Part shown: piece by piece, positions 1 to 13,000 of the stretch
Layout: every line of letters starts with the position of its first letter
Numbering within the stretch: position 1 is the first letter of the stretch
Source of the DNA: Balanoglossus misakiensis
Lineage: Eukaryota > Animalia > Hemichordata
Length of the DNA stretch: 64,000 bases
NCBI GenBank assembly: GCA_040954595.2
Contig: CM082576.2
Span: 13,829,129 to 13,893,128, forward strand
Reading direction: 5' to 3'
The notes under the pieces: generated by a model
What the model was told of the DNA's origin: nothing
Seen by the model: only the letters and a program-made list of their open reading frames with translations
Databases searched by the model: none
Program-made: the position numbers and the translations under genes

Positions 1-305
1 GTACACAAAAGAATCATGTGTCAGTTTATGACCATTCTTTCAGCATTTGTTGTTTTTACTGTGGTGAGATTCATAGTCTGGTGAAAAAAAACATTTTCAC
101 AAAAAATAATAAATAAGATTTGATCAAAACCTTCAATGAAAATGTGTGTACGCGTACCTCTTTCATTAAATGCTGCTGGCACCAATCCCTTGTTACTACA
201 TGTACAGTTTGAAAAGATCTTTTGTACAATAACGTTGACAGTTTCTTGGATCAGATTTCATTTGTGGCAATAGTTTTTATCATGTGATGTCTTCTCCACT
301 TGCAG

Positions 306-470
306 GAAATTGTCAAGAAATGTGAACAGAATGCACTGGAGCACCAGTTCCACACGGATGCCACCAAAGAATTCCGTAACTGGATGACACCGGCAATGAA
401 AGCAACCGCCACATGTAGGGATACTACCGGAGATAAAGCGACGTTAGAGGGAAGACTACGCAAAGCAAAG
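306..470 (+). CDS. spectrin-repeat exon 1 (165 nt, phase 0-0)
   Basis: ttgcag|GAAATT ... GCAAAG|gtagct; EIVKKCEQNALEHQF... Confidence 0.85.
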
Positions 471-3400
471 GTAGCTATTCGTCTCTTGTGTAAAATGTCA
501 ATATCTGAAGTTGATGAGTCAATTTAGAGATGTGAGAATGGATTGGCAGAATGCGGGCAAGTGTATAAAGAAACTGCATGCATGAGCCTTAGACAGATGA
601 ATTAAAAAAAATTAAAGTAATAGGCTGATTTTCTGAGTGGCGAACCTTTCTCAATGGCTACTGTACATGAAGGACAGAAATAAATCTATTTATTGTGAAA
701 TGTCTTTTGTATGTTATCAGGAGCTGGTGTCGAACAGACAAAAAGGTCAAAGTTTACTGCACTCTGCCATCACCAAGGGTGAACGGGTGCTGCCCAACAC
801 GGCCGAGGCGGGCACGGAAAAGGTTGCCACGGAGATCCAGGGAATGAAGGACGACTGGCAGACCTTCTTGTCGCAAATCAACGAGGCCAAAGGTCAGCTG
901 GAGGGCTGCGTGCAGAAATGGCACCAGTACGACGACAGCTGCGGTGAAATCGAGAGATGGCTGAAAGAAGCGGAGGAGACGTTGCAGACGGATCCAGAGT
1001 TGAAAACAGAACTCGGAGAAAAGAAGGCACAGCTAGACAAATATCAGGTGAGAATCTAATAAATTTTATTTCATTTATGATGCATATTTATTTCAGATTT
1101 TCAGACTTAACAGATAAATTGAAACAGATCATGTAGGATAAGAAAAAAAAGTAAACATGACATTTATCCGATGTTTGTTTCTTTGTAATGCAGACCCTCC
1201 AACAAGAGGTGCAAGCTTACCAGACATCTTTGGAAAACTTGGATGAACAAGCGCATCAACTGATGGAGATAACTGGAGACAGATCGATCAGTAGCCAAGC
1301 GACCATGCTGCGGACGAGACACGAAGCTTTGGCCCTTTCAATCAAGGTGAGAGATTCAGTATACAATGCATTCATTGGGCATCTGGTAATTTAAAGCATT
1401 TGTTATTTGAACATGTAGGAGTCATTTGGTTTATATGGTTAGTATAATTGTTGTTCAAATAATGGAAATTAGAACTCTGTTCCTGGTTTCATCATGATTG
1501 GTTAAAAGTGAGTAGCAGAAATTGTTGTTTGCTGATTTCTTGTTTATTTGACATAAAGTTTGTTTAATAAAGAAACCTTCTAAGATTGGTTTTCAGCAAA
1601 GGTGGAAATAAACAAATATTTTCTAGTGAAATGCTGATTGTAATATAAATGTTCTATTGTTTCAGGAACTAATGAGACGATTGGAGCAGTCTGTACGCGA
1701 CCACCAGCAGTACTACAACGCACTGCAAGCCGTCACAGAATGGTTGAACAAAACCAGGCATGCGCTGACTGTACATTCTGACTCGACCGGTGGCAAACCG
1801 ATGCTGGAATCAAGACACAAACAACTGCAGGTTGGTGGAAATCAGTGACGTTCAAAAAGATTCAAAACAAATTGAGTCCACGTTGTAACAGGTTTACCAC
1901 CTGAGAAATGTTAATGTTCTGTCACGATCATAACCACTGTATGAGTTTATATCCAGGTATTACCATCAGTATGGTTCAGAAAACGTTGTGTGGTGTTAAA
2001 CAGACTGGCACATACCAGTGGTGTTGCTGAGATGTACAATGTAAGGTCTTTCGGTGGTCATGCAAAGGGCTCTTTGATAACTAAAGGGAAAGTTGTAGAA
2101 AAGCTCTGTTTTGGAAAAAGTTAGCTTAATCCTGTGAGTGACATTTTTGTGTGTGGTTGTTTTTTCCCCCTGCAGGAGCTTCTAGCCAGCAAACCACAAG
2201 GTGAGGCCAAACTGAGAAATGCCCACGACTGCAGCGAGAGAGTCTTACCACAAACGTCCAGCGCTGGCAAGACAAACATCAACAGACAGCTGCAGTCTGT
2301 GAAAGACGACTTCAACAACCTGATGACACAAATCCAGGAGGCTGCCAGGAACATGCAGCTTTGCATCGATCAGTGGAAAAAGTACGATGACAGCTACGAA
2401 CAGCTCTTGAAGTGGCTTGGTGATATGGAGAAGAGTTTGAAAGCTGAGCCGGAGCTGAAGAAAGATTTGGTTGGAAAGAAGCAACAGCTGAAAGAGTACA
2501 AAGTAAGTGAAATCGAATGTTGAGAATGTAGCAGCTCTGCAAATGTTATACGGGTCAACCAGTTCTATTCTGAAACAAACTCTGCTTTTTGCATACCATA
2601 TCTATGTTTATTAAAATTCACATCATTGTATTGCATTGTAAAGTGGTCAAAATCATCATTGACTTGACTTCTGTGTTCTTATTTCTGAAACATACATTGT
2701 AATTAGGGTCATTTAAAAATATATACTCTAGGAATTTTATGTTTTTGACAACGGGGTAGTATTGTTTTCAGAAAAGTCATAATGTGCAAACTTTTTGACT
2801 GTCTGTGATCATGCAGTGGTCATTTACTGAGATTTGTTTTGCATTGTTCTATACACATGAAACTTAATATGTAACTTCACCATTATCTTGACAGGCAATG
2901 CAAGATGAGATTGTATCACGCGATGGAGACATACAGCAGGCCAATGAGAGAGCACAGTCTGTTCTCGAAAGCAGCTCTGGAGACGAAACTGTGGCCACTC
3001 ACATGTCAGAACTGAGGGCACGATATCAGTTCCTTATAGGCACAGCTCAGGTATGACAGTCTCTGTTTCATTATCACTTCTAATGACAGACATCAACACT
3101 TCAATTTGTCACCCTCTATTTTATTGCTTCAAACCACCATATTGAAACCAGTGAGTTAATTAAAGTCGTGGCAGTACAAAGACCCAGACTGTACCCTGGA
3201 TTTTTAAAAATCTTGGATACAGAATAAAATTCTGCAGGTACCTGGATACACAACAAGGCTTTGACAATAGAATGCACACAACTTGTTTTTAACGTCAAAA
3301 GAAAGAGTCCAGAGTTGATTATAAGTAAATCATCTCTTTTTTTTCTGTGCTGGATGTTACATATATCAAATTGGATTTATGTACCTGGGTTTTGTGTGAA

Positions 3401-4060
3401 AAGATCACAGGTCTCTATCTGTGTAGGGTGGTGTTTTGTTTGAAGGGTCACCCTCAGGACATATTATCACCCAACCGCAAGGGCTGTCTTCTACTTGTGT
3501 TTCCTCCATGTCCAGTCTGTCATCATTGACCACTGGCTGTACTCTGGCCGTGATTGGTGTCCTGCTGGTCAAGGTTGTTCACTGTTTTTGTTGTGTAGAA
3601 GTGTCTTGTCTCACTTTCTTGAGAAAGTCTTGGCGAAGTCATGATGTAATGTGTTTTCAGGGGACCTGTGGCTTTTTGTTGAACACATGCAGTTTGGCAA
3701 TGTGTCAGCCTCTTTAATTGGTTGAAAATCTACCATAACTGCACACCAGGGAAAACTTATCTGATATATTTTTGTGGAGGTATTTTATTAGCAACATATT
3801 ACTAGCTTGTTTATTAAACATACCGATCTTAGCAGTCATAATTTATTCGCAGAAAAGGTTGATTGTTGTGGCATTCCAGCTTCTTTGACTTGTTTCTAAG
3901 TTGTTTGGCATCCCAAATTAAGTTCGGTTCATGAAACACAGAAGAGGGCCAGAGAGAACAATTTCCTTCTGTTTATCTGCAGTTTTGCAAAGTTCAGTTG
4001 TCAAGACGTGGAAACCTTGCAATGAAAATGTGAACAGTTGAACAATGGAAATTCACCCCA

Positions 4061-4096
<36 letters not shown>

Positions 4097-7000
4097 GTTG
4101 GTTGGTTGATTGACCAATCGGTCGATCAATTGATTGATTGGTTGATTGATTGATTGATTGTATGTGTGTTAAATTGTACATTGTCTGATATCCTGCACTT
4201 AAACTTGCATGAGTTCCATTGGATGCCATGGTTATCAGTGGTGCAGAGGACACAATCATACAAAGTCGATTCCATTTTAATCTTGCATTTTACATGCATA
4301 ACATCTTCATTTCAGCAAAACTGATATTCTTTCTGCAATAAAATTAGATCAGAGCAGCAGCATTTGATTCATCTTTTCCATAAAATGTGTAACTCATGTA
4401 AAAATCTAAATTTTACTCTGTCAGGATGTGTTATCGCAACTTGAGAAGTGTGTGTCCTCCCACCAAGAGTACACAGATGCGCTGGAGTCTTGTCGGACGT
4501 GGATACACCAAGCCCAGCAGAGACTGGAAGAATGCAAAGAGATATCTGGAGACAGGGCCACTATACAAGAGAAACTGAACACTGTTCAGGTGGGGAGAAT
4601 TCATCGATGAGATTATTGCATCTCAAGGTTCCCAGTTCTCAAGACTGGTCTGAGAAAGTGGCCTTCAACAGTACTGCACCCTCTGTGATTATTCTGCCAT
4701 TGAGGGCTTTAGCTTGAATTCTAAATGTGCTTTTTCGTTATACTGGTATTTTAAATGTATGCTAGGAATTCTGGCTTGAGATATGCTTCCGTCGCATTCA
4801 GTTTTGTCATTCAAAATGCTATTCTTTAGGCAACATGCAAAAATATCCTGTATTTAGATACATGTAATTTCAAATATCTTTGCTTATCAAATAATAAACA
4901 TAAGACAAAGCATGGTGCTGTGAGTTAGAGATGCTTTACTATGCAAGTTTTCCAAGTTTATCCAGCCTGCCATAACTCTTCATCATTTTGTATATCCATC
5001 CAGGCACTGTACGCTGCTAGCAAGGAAGGTGAAGCTAAAGTGAAACACACTGTCACCCTCGGCAACCACATCATGCCTGAAACCTTAGAGGAAGGCAGGG
5101 AACTCATCGAGTCCGAACTCAGTGCCTTGCAACAGAACTGGGACGAGTACGCAAGCAGTCTGAATGAGACGAGAAGCAGTTTGGAACGTAGTCTCCACCA
5201 GTGGCAGGAATTTGAAGACAGCCACAGCGACATGGTCAGATGGCTGGATGTGACGGAGAGGTTTCTGGAAGAAGACCCGGAGATCAAACCGGAGCTGGCC
5301 GAAAAGAAGATTCAGTTGGAAAAATACAAGGTAAAGTACACGTTGGCACCACCAGAAGTCTGACAGATTTTTTTGCAAAGAATTGGATTAAGAGAGGAAT
5401 TTTTTATGAAGGAAGGAAAAGCTAAAGTGAAACAGACTGTTACCCTTGGCAACAATATCATGCCCGGACGCTCAGAGAAAGGCTGATTAAGAGAGGAACT
5501 TTTTATGATGCCATGATAATTTGTCCTCAGTGATGATATACTGTACTTGCTATGAAGTGGTTGTGATCTGTCCAGGATACATTTACCAAATTTTTTGGCG
5601 ACGATACAATGTAAGATTTAACCTTGAAATTGTCATCAGTTATCTATCAGTTTAAACTTGTCAAACTAATTAAAGGTAACATTTATCCGTACACAGGCTG
5701 TCTACGATGACGTTGTGCGTCACCAAGACACTGTGGATGACCTGAAGTTGAAATCGTCTGAAATACTCAACACTAATGTCGGAGATACTGACATTAGAAG
5801 TCAAATGACCACCCTTGGTGCTAGGTATCAATCAGTCAATATCAGAGCCCAGGTGTGTATTTAGTATTAAACTTCTCTTTAATACCTCAACTCCCAATAG
5901 TACACAGTACAATCTGACATTTTTGCAAGAACTGTTAGTGATTTTCAAAACATGGAAGAAAATATTTATATTGAAAGAAACAAATTTGGTGTTTTGAATA
6001 TTAATGAAATAAACTAAGTTGGGCTTATGAATGTTGCGGTAACTTACCATAGACATGTATACTGTAAAACACTTTATTATCGCAATCAATTAATTTTCGC
6101 GAAATACATGAGAGCCAAAATAGCGTGAAAATGAAAAGTCGCGTAAATTGTTTTTGAAGATAACGATGCAGTGAATGAAATAAGAGAACGCGAAAATTTC
6201 AACTAACGAAAATGAAAGTGTTTTACAGTATGTTAATCACTTTTCTCAAATTGTGGATTTTGTTGAGGGGAATAGCGGAGTACTTTCCACAAAACATTGC
6301 AATGTTCATCCCCTGCAGGAGCTGCTGAAACAACTGGAGAAAGGCATGCTGGAACACCAGCAATACCACGATGCCTTGCAGGAGGAAGAGAAGGCACTGC
6401 TGGACATTTCCCACCGGCTGACGTCGCAGAACGTTCTCCAAGACGACAGTCTGGAAGCCACTCAGGAACAGCTTGAACATCACCAGGTTTGGGAATTTTT
6501 ATTGAAAGGAAAAAAAAATCACATCTGTGTGTTCTTTTTAAAACTAAGGAAATTGCATGTGCCTACCTGCGTGTGCGGTGGCCTTGTCTGTGTGTCTTCT
6601 CTGTGTGTTTTTTCCTGGCCGTTGTTACTTCCTTTTTGACTGGCGTGGTCTGCTGCCTGCCTTGTAACTGGAGGAGAACCAGTTGATGTGAAGGACATGC
6701 TGCTTCATTGACAGCTTACAGTCTTCTTGCCTCCAGCATCAAACTTTTTCCTCAACGCGACTTCTTCCTCATAACCTCAATTCACCTTATGAATATTGAA
6801 AGATGCTTCCCATTTGCTGCAGTTAAAAACACTAATATTGCTGAATCTTAACTCGCAAATCGTCTCTGCCACTCTTGACTTGTTTATTAATTAACTGTAA
6901 CAAATTTGATGTGACGTGATTGCCATTTATAATCTAACACATAATATATGTTTTCAACTAATTTCAACTCATAATCAACAACTCAACACCATCCATTTGT

Positions 7001-10000
7001 ATTAAAGAGGCACTTTTTGTGAACCAGTGCACACAATCAAGTTGATTAAAGCTGTCCAAGTAGGAGTGAATGCATTCTAGTTGGGTAGCTTTTATTGCTT
7101 TGATTGTATCTGTCCGGGCTTTTTTTTCATTCGATCACATTTCAATAAAACGTAAAATTGCCAATATACGCACCCTGACCTCCTCCCTGTTATGACCTAC
7201 GACCCCCTCCCCCCCAGGGCTTGATGCGCGAGCTGGGCGAGTTGAACACCAAACTGGAAGCTATCAATGCCAAAGCCCAGCATCTCCTTGAAATCAACCA
7301 AGGCTCCCCGAAACTTGCCAAGCAAGTGGATTCTCAGCTGGCCAGCATACGGGAGAGTTACGAGGCAGTCAGCAACACTGCCAAGCAGATCCAGCGAAAG
7401 TTGGAGGAGTCGCTCCACAAGCACAAAGCCTACAGAGATGCTCTGGAGGAGTGCGGGGCGTGGCTGGACGAAATGGATGGTGTCCTAGGCAACGAGGTCC
7501 AGGCTGTCAGTCTTGTTGATGCCCAGCAACAACTCCATGAACATCAGGTAATGAATGAAATGACCGGGGTACATGTGTATGCGGGGAAATCTATAAACTT
7601 ATAATTTGTGCATAAGTTTTTCCCTGGGGTAAATTATGAATACAGTTGCCTATGTGTATACTACTAGTATTTAAAAGTGGTTAGAACTATGGTAAGCCTC
7701 CTTTGCAGATCTAATTTTCATGTTTTACCTCATGAAGTTTTCTTTCATCAAAGTATCCAGTTGTTACGGGTGTGTTAATTGTCTTGGTGTTTACGTAGGG
7801 CATGCAAGACAAAGCCACTGTGCACAAACAGATGATAGAGGGCGCTGCACTCAATGCCGATGTCACTGACGGCAGAGAGCTGAGTGACTCGGCGATAGCA
7901 CAACTCACAGATGAAGTCAACACCAAACTTGATGATGTTATAGGAAAGGTGAGTGTACCTTGTCTTGCATTTGTCTTAGTCTCTCTTCTGAAACCCCCCA
8001 ATAAGTTTTTTTTCCTGGTGTAGTGGTTTTGAATTCGCTGACTGGCTGGGCAGAATGTATCAATAGTGAGAAATGGTATGCATTTTGGCCACTTGAAACT
8101 AACTCTATGGGATATGCGTGTGTTACATGAGACTAGATCACATGTAGTGCTGCTGTGTTAGTTCATGTCCAGAGTTTTGTAATTTCAGTGTTGTTTCATC
8201 GCATTCACTCGAAGAATATTATGGTTTGTGTATACTTTGTATGTCTTTGATGGTGAAGTAGTTTTATACAATGAATGTTCACAACTATCGTCCTGATGAA
8301 TTCTTGCAGGTTGACGAAGTAATAAACGTCCTCCATGGCTCCATCAGGAAATGGGAGGAGTTCGACAGATGCAAGACTGATCTTGAGATGTGGCTGGAGA
8401 GCGCAGAGAGTGCCCTGGAATCTGAATTGAAAAGACCTGGCGATGTGGACACCACTGTTGCCAGGCAACATGCAGCTGATGTACAGGTAATTTGCGATTT
8501 GTTGGATATTTTTAAGTTCTTTGGTGCAAGAAGTACACCAACTTTCATTTTCATTTTCATAGCTGTATTGACATATTTATAAAAAATGTCTTTTCACCTC
8601 TGCCAAGTTCAAGTGGCAGTTATAAATCTTTGAAAAGTTAATTATAGTGCGAGGCAACTTTGATGTTCTCTTTAAAAAACAGTGGTGATTTAACAATTTG
8701 AAAGTGATTTGCTATTAATAGGATATCATGATACAAAACTTTATAATGTTGTAACCAAGATTTATGAGCACTATAATACTGTACAATATTATTGTACAGT
8801 AACTATGCATGCAAGATGTAACATCTGGAAAAAAGTGTTTTTAAAAGTTGAATTCCCACGAAAACTGCCAGTTAACTGCTAACATTTTGGTATTTGCAAT
8901 TAATGTGTACATGGTAACCCAACCATGACATTGTAGTTGACTTTGATACCATCAAGCATTTGAGATATTCTGAAATTACCGGTATGTTCCAGCTGTATAG
9001 AGCTTAGAGGAAATTAAAAGACCTGGCTCATTTGATTAAATGACAGCAGATGTTCTTAATGCACGAGTGATAGCAATTCAACACCTGATCAAACAATCGA
9101 TCTGTATTTCTTGTAGGACCTTTCCAACCAGCTACACAGCAAGCAATCGTCGATATCTGAACTTGAGAACATGCACAGTGCACTGACCTCATCTGGGGAT
9201 GCCGACCTTGAGGACATGACAAAGAGGCTGGATGATCTGACTGCCAAGGCGGACGCGCAGGCCGGGAAGAGAAAGCAAGAATTGGCAGACACGGAGAAGT
9301 ACAATACGCTCGATAATGACGTCTATCAGGCCTTGCGCAGACTGACAAGAGAGTTGGACGCGCTGGAGAAGGACGATGACATGCCCACTGATCAGAAACT
9401 GGACAAATTAAAGGTGAGAAGGAAGGATGAAATGGATGGATATCTGAATGGTGAGATCTGTCAACTGTGTGGGAAAGGGTGCGATGGAGGGATGGATGGA
9501 TTTCCTGATCAATTGATGAATTAGGAAAGTGCAAGACAGGAAACAGATACATGTGATGGACAGATTCAGAAAATGATTAATCGGGAAAGTGCAAGAACAA
9601 TGGATGGATGGTTTTGAGGATGTGGGCATGTTGGTTAGGGATTGAAGAATTGAATCCAAGGGCTGACTCAGCAAATTGCCAGGTGGATGGAGGTGTGTGT
9701 TTAATAATAGATGAGTGTGTATAGATGTGGATGGATTGGATGGATGGATGGACGGATGGGTTTAAAGATTATCCAAACAAGTACATGTACATGTACGTGT
9801 AGGTGCAAGGTTTTATCAAATTGGATACGTTTGATTCATGGATTAGATGGAGACAGACAGACAGATAGTTCAGTAGGTTGGAAGATGGATTAACAAACCC
9901 ATAGAGGGATATGGAGATATGGATCGATGCAGTAGCTTAGTTATTTTCATATCACTCCTACAAACAAAAGATGGCAAGTGATGATACAGGAATCACAAGC

Positions 10001-13000
10001 CCACCTCTAAGCACATGTCGCTGTGTGTGTTGTTTTGTGTACAAGATTGTCCCATGCGGACGGCTGTTTGTGATCAGTTTTAGTCGGCACGGTGTGGCTC
10101 TCTAAATGCACTCAGAAGAATAAAAGGAACCCAAACATATCCTGGCAGACATGACGTTTTGGACATGGACCAAGTTAAATTTAGATGCCAACCTACAAAG
10201 TCAATATATTTAGTGCATTGTAGAAGTTCTGATTGCATATGCTCCAATGATGGTGTGTTTCGTAATGGTGATGTTTGTGCAGACCGAGTCAATACGTTCC
10301 CGTTTGTAAGTTATACACAGTGGTTATTGTTTTGCATTGTGTGCTCAAGAAAGAAACTGTTCCAAAGTTCTGCCCATCTTGAAGTCAAGTATGGCGACCC
10401 CAGTCAATGATGATGCATTGAATACACTTTTCCCTTGACCAGATCTTTTGGTCCGCTCTGTAAGATAATCTGCTGACTTAAAATTGGTTTATAGTAACAG
10501 GTGAAGAATTTCCATTGTAATCCGGGACTCGGTCCGTCCGAATTCGATGCCACCTACTCCCATCTGTTTGTTGTTCCCCCCAAAGAACTCCGCTAAGCCA
10601 CAGAGAGGCCCTGTGATCGTTTTCAAAGAGGTGTCCCGAAATCGAGAAGCCAGCTTTTCTTACTGTGTGCATTAAAGCAGGTGACTTCAAGTGGCATGGG
10701 TTCGCATATGAAAGCCCCCCGCACACTGCAACTTGATATTAAAATCAACACTGGTATGTTCCTTCTCGGCTCTAAGTGTAAGATGTTTAAGCTGTAATGC
10801 CTTTTATTTAAGACTGCGTCACCTGGACTGCTGTTAACAGGGGGGAATCCGAAAGATATGCGTAGTCTGATAATTTGGTGAATGTCATCTGGTAACATGA
10901 TAAAGACGGTATCTAGGGTGTAAAGTCAAGTTTCATTGTCAAGCACTTCTCAGGAGTGATTTCATAGTCCCAGTTGTGCAAATAATCCTCTAACTCAATT
11001 ATTTAGTTTAATAGTCAATAATCGATCAACCAAACATTACAAAATACCCCAGATTGAAATTGATCCAGCATTTTCAATAATTTTCCAAATGAGACTTTGA
11101 GAATGTGTAGTTTTTCTGTGGAAATAGTTTTTATATTTTTTAGGTCGGGCCTTCTGTTCGTTGGCATGTTGCCAATTTTAGAAAGATTTTTTTGGTGAGG
11201 CGAGTGAGATAATGAGATTTTTTGATCTACACATGCAATCTAATAGCACTGTACCTTACCTAAGAATTTGTCCAAAAAGGGGTCAGTTTTCCTTGATGAA
11301 CACAAGTACGTGGATGGAATTAGTTGTCAACACACGACCCTAGCATAGTCTGCAGTTAAATTTAATTCATTTTCTTTGAATAACTTTATGAAGTAGATTG
11401 CCTTTTGGAGTTGATACTCGTAATGATATTGATCCATCTCTGACGTGACTACCAGCACATGACGTGCGTGATTGTTGTGGGGTAGCTCAATCAAGGAGGC
11501 ACAAGATTTGATGCACGTATGACATACCTGTGTTGTCATAATTACTGTGTCCCATTAATGTCTGTACGTGTCGATTTAGTTGTACTTGACACTTGAACTA
11601 CAGAAGGGTTTTGGTTGTTTTTCACTCATGGTGTCCAGATGTCAAATCGCCAAAATAATAATAAACAAGCAAACTAAAACATGATATCATAAAATTATAT
11701 GGTGAATAAAATTTCATTTGATAACAAATTGAAATCTTATGTTATCCTCATGACTCTTTATAGCCTAACCAAATTTAATGCCAATAGACATTGCTTCTCG
11801 TATGTGTAGTGACTGCATGTGTAGGACTATTTCGTCATCCGTACATTGCAGTCCTTTCGTGACTTGATTTAATGACCTTAGAAATACTTAATTTATTGTA
11901 GGGTATATCAACAAGTCAATATCATAAAAACCGAGTTGCGACATCAAATTGTAATCTGCGCCATTTCTCAATTTCTCATTCAGTGCCACGGTTGTCCTAA
12001 TTCCCATGTTTTATATGTACGATTAATTCTATTTAGCTGATGGTGACTATTTGTGCAGACAGACAACACTGGTAATAGTAGAATGAAACCTGAGGTCCTC
12101 TCTTTTGTTCTCTGATACCGTCTCATCCCAGCATACATCATTTGCCAGTATTGATTCAATTCTACATTCGGTGCACCATTATAGGCCCCTACCTGGCACC
12201 GACAATTATCTGTCAAGGTTCGCAATACAGTTTTACATCAGTGTCTCAAAATAGCTGGGAAAAATTCAATTATACTGCCAGAAGTAAGCTTTCGTGAGGG
12301 TAAAAGTTTCCAAGTGCCACACAATTTTAATCCTAATATTGGTTTTATTCATCCTTTTTAAGGAGTTTTATAACAATCGCGAGGTATTTCGCTTTCTTCG
12401 CGTACGTGAGAACTTCAAAAGGAACGAGTTATAAGGAAGGCTAGTGTTCGTCCACTTGTTTATATTGTGTGTCGGGGGGAACAATTTTCAGCTCTGTCAT
12501 TCTCTTGGCTGTTTTCCAAAAAATGTCCCCCTTGCGTGACTCCAACAAGATAAAGGTGGAAAGCTAAGAAATGGCTACTGTCCGCCGGATGAATAAGACA
12601 TCTGTGTGGCCTGTGTCGGCTGCAATCTCTATTGATGGACGTGAAGAAAATACGGTGCGGAAAACAAGTTGTAAACATCGTGCGTGAAACACATTTTTGG
12701 AGGGAAACGTGATAAAGGTCAAATGGGATGCACTATCAGTCAATCAATGTTGTATTTTGTTGGAATCATATTTAAGTCGACTTCATAAAAGAACGTCTTA
12801 AAGTGAAGCTCATATTCGCATTATGTATTAATTATTTTATTTTTTATAAAACACCTACAAATAGTTCTAGAACAAAACTATATTGACTGCCCTCTAGTGA
12901 CACCCAAGGCTGGTGTATCGTTTGGTTTCTATTGATGTTTCGGTGATTTGTTTGTGTGTTTGTTGTTTTAATTTACTGCCTCACATAATTCCTAGCAGAC

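Noticed and set aside
10696-10760. MGSHMKAPRTLQLDIKINT followed by G|GTATGT as another first exon
   Set aside because: The donor is phase 1, incompatible with the phase-0 acceptor at 19115, and no bridging exon was found.
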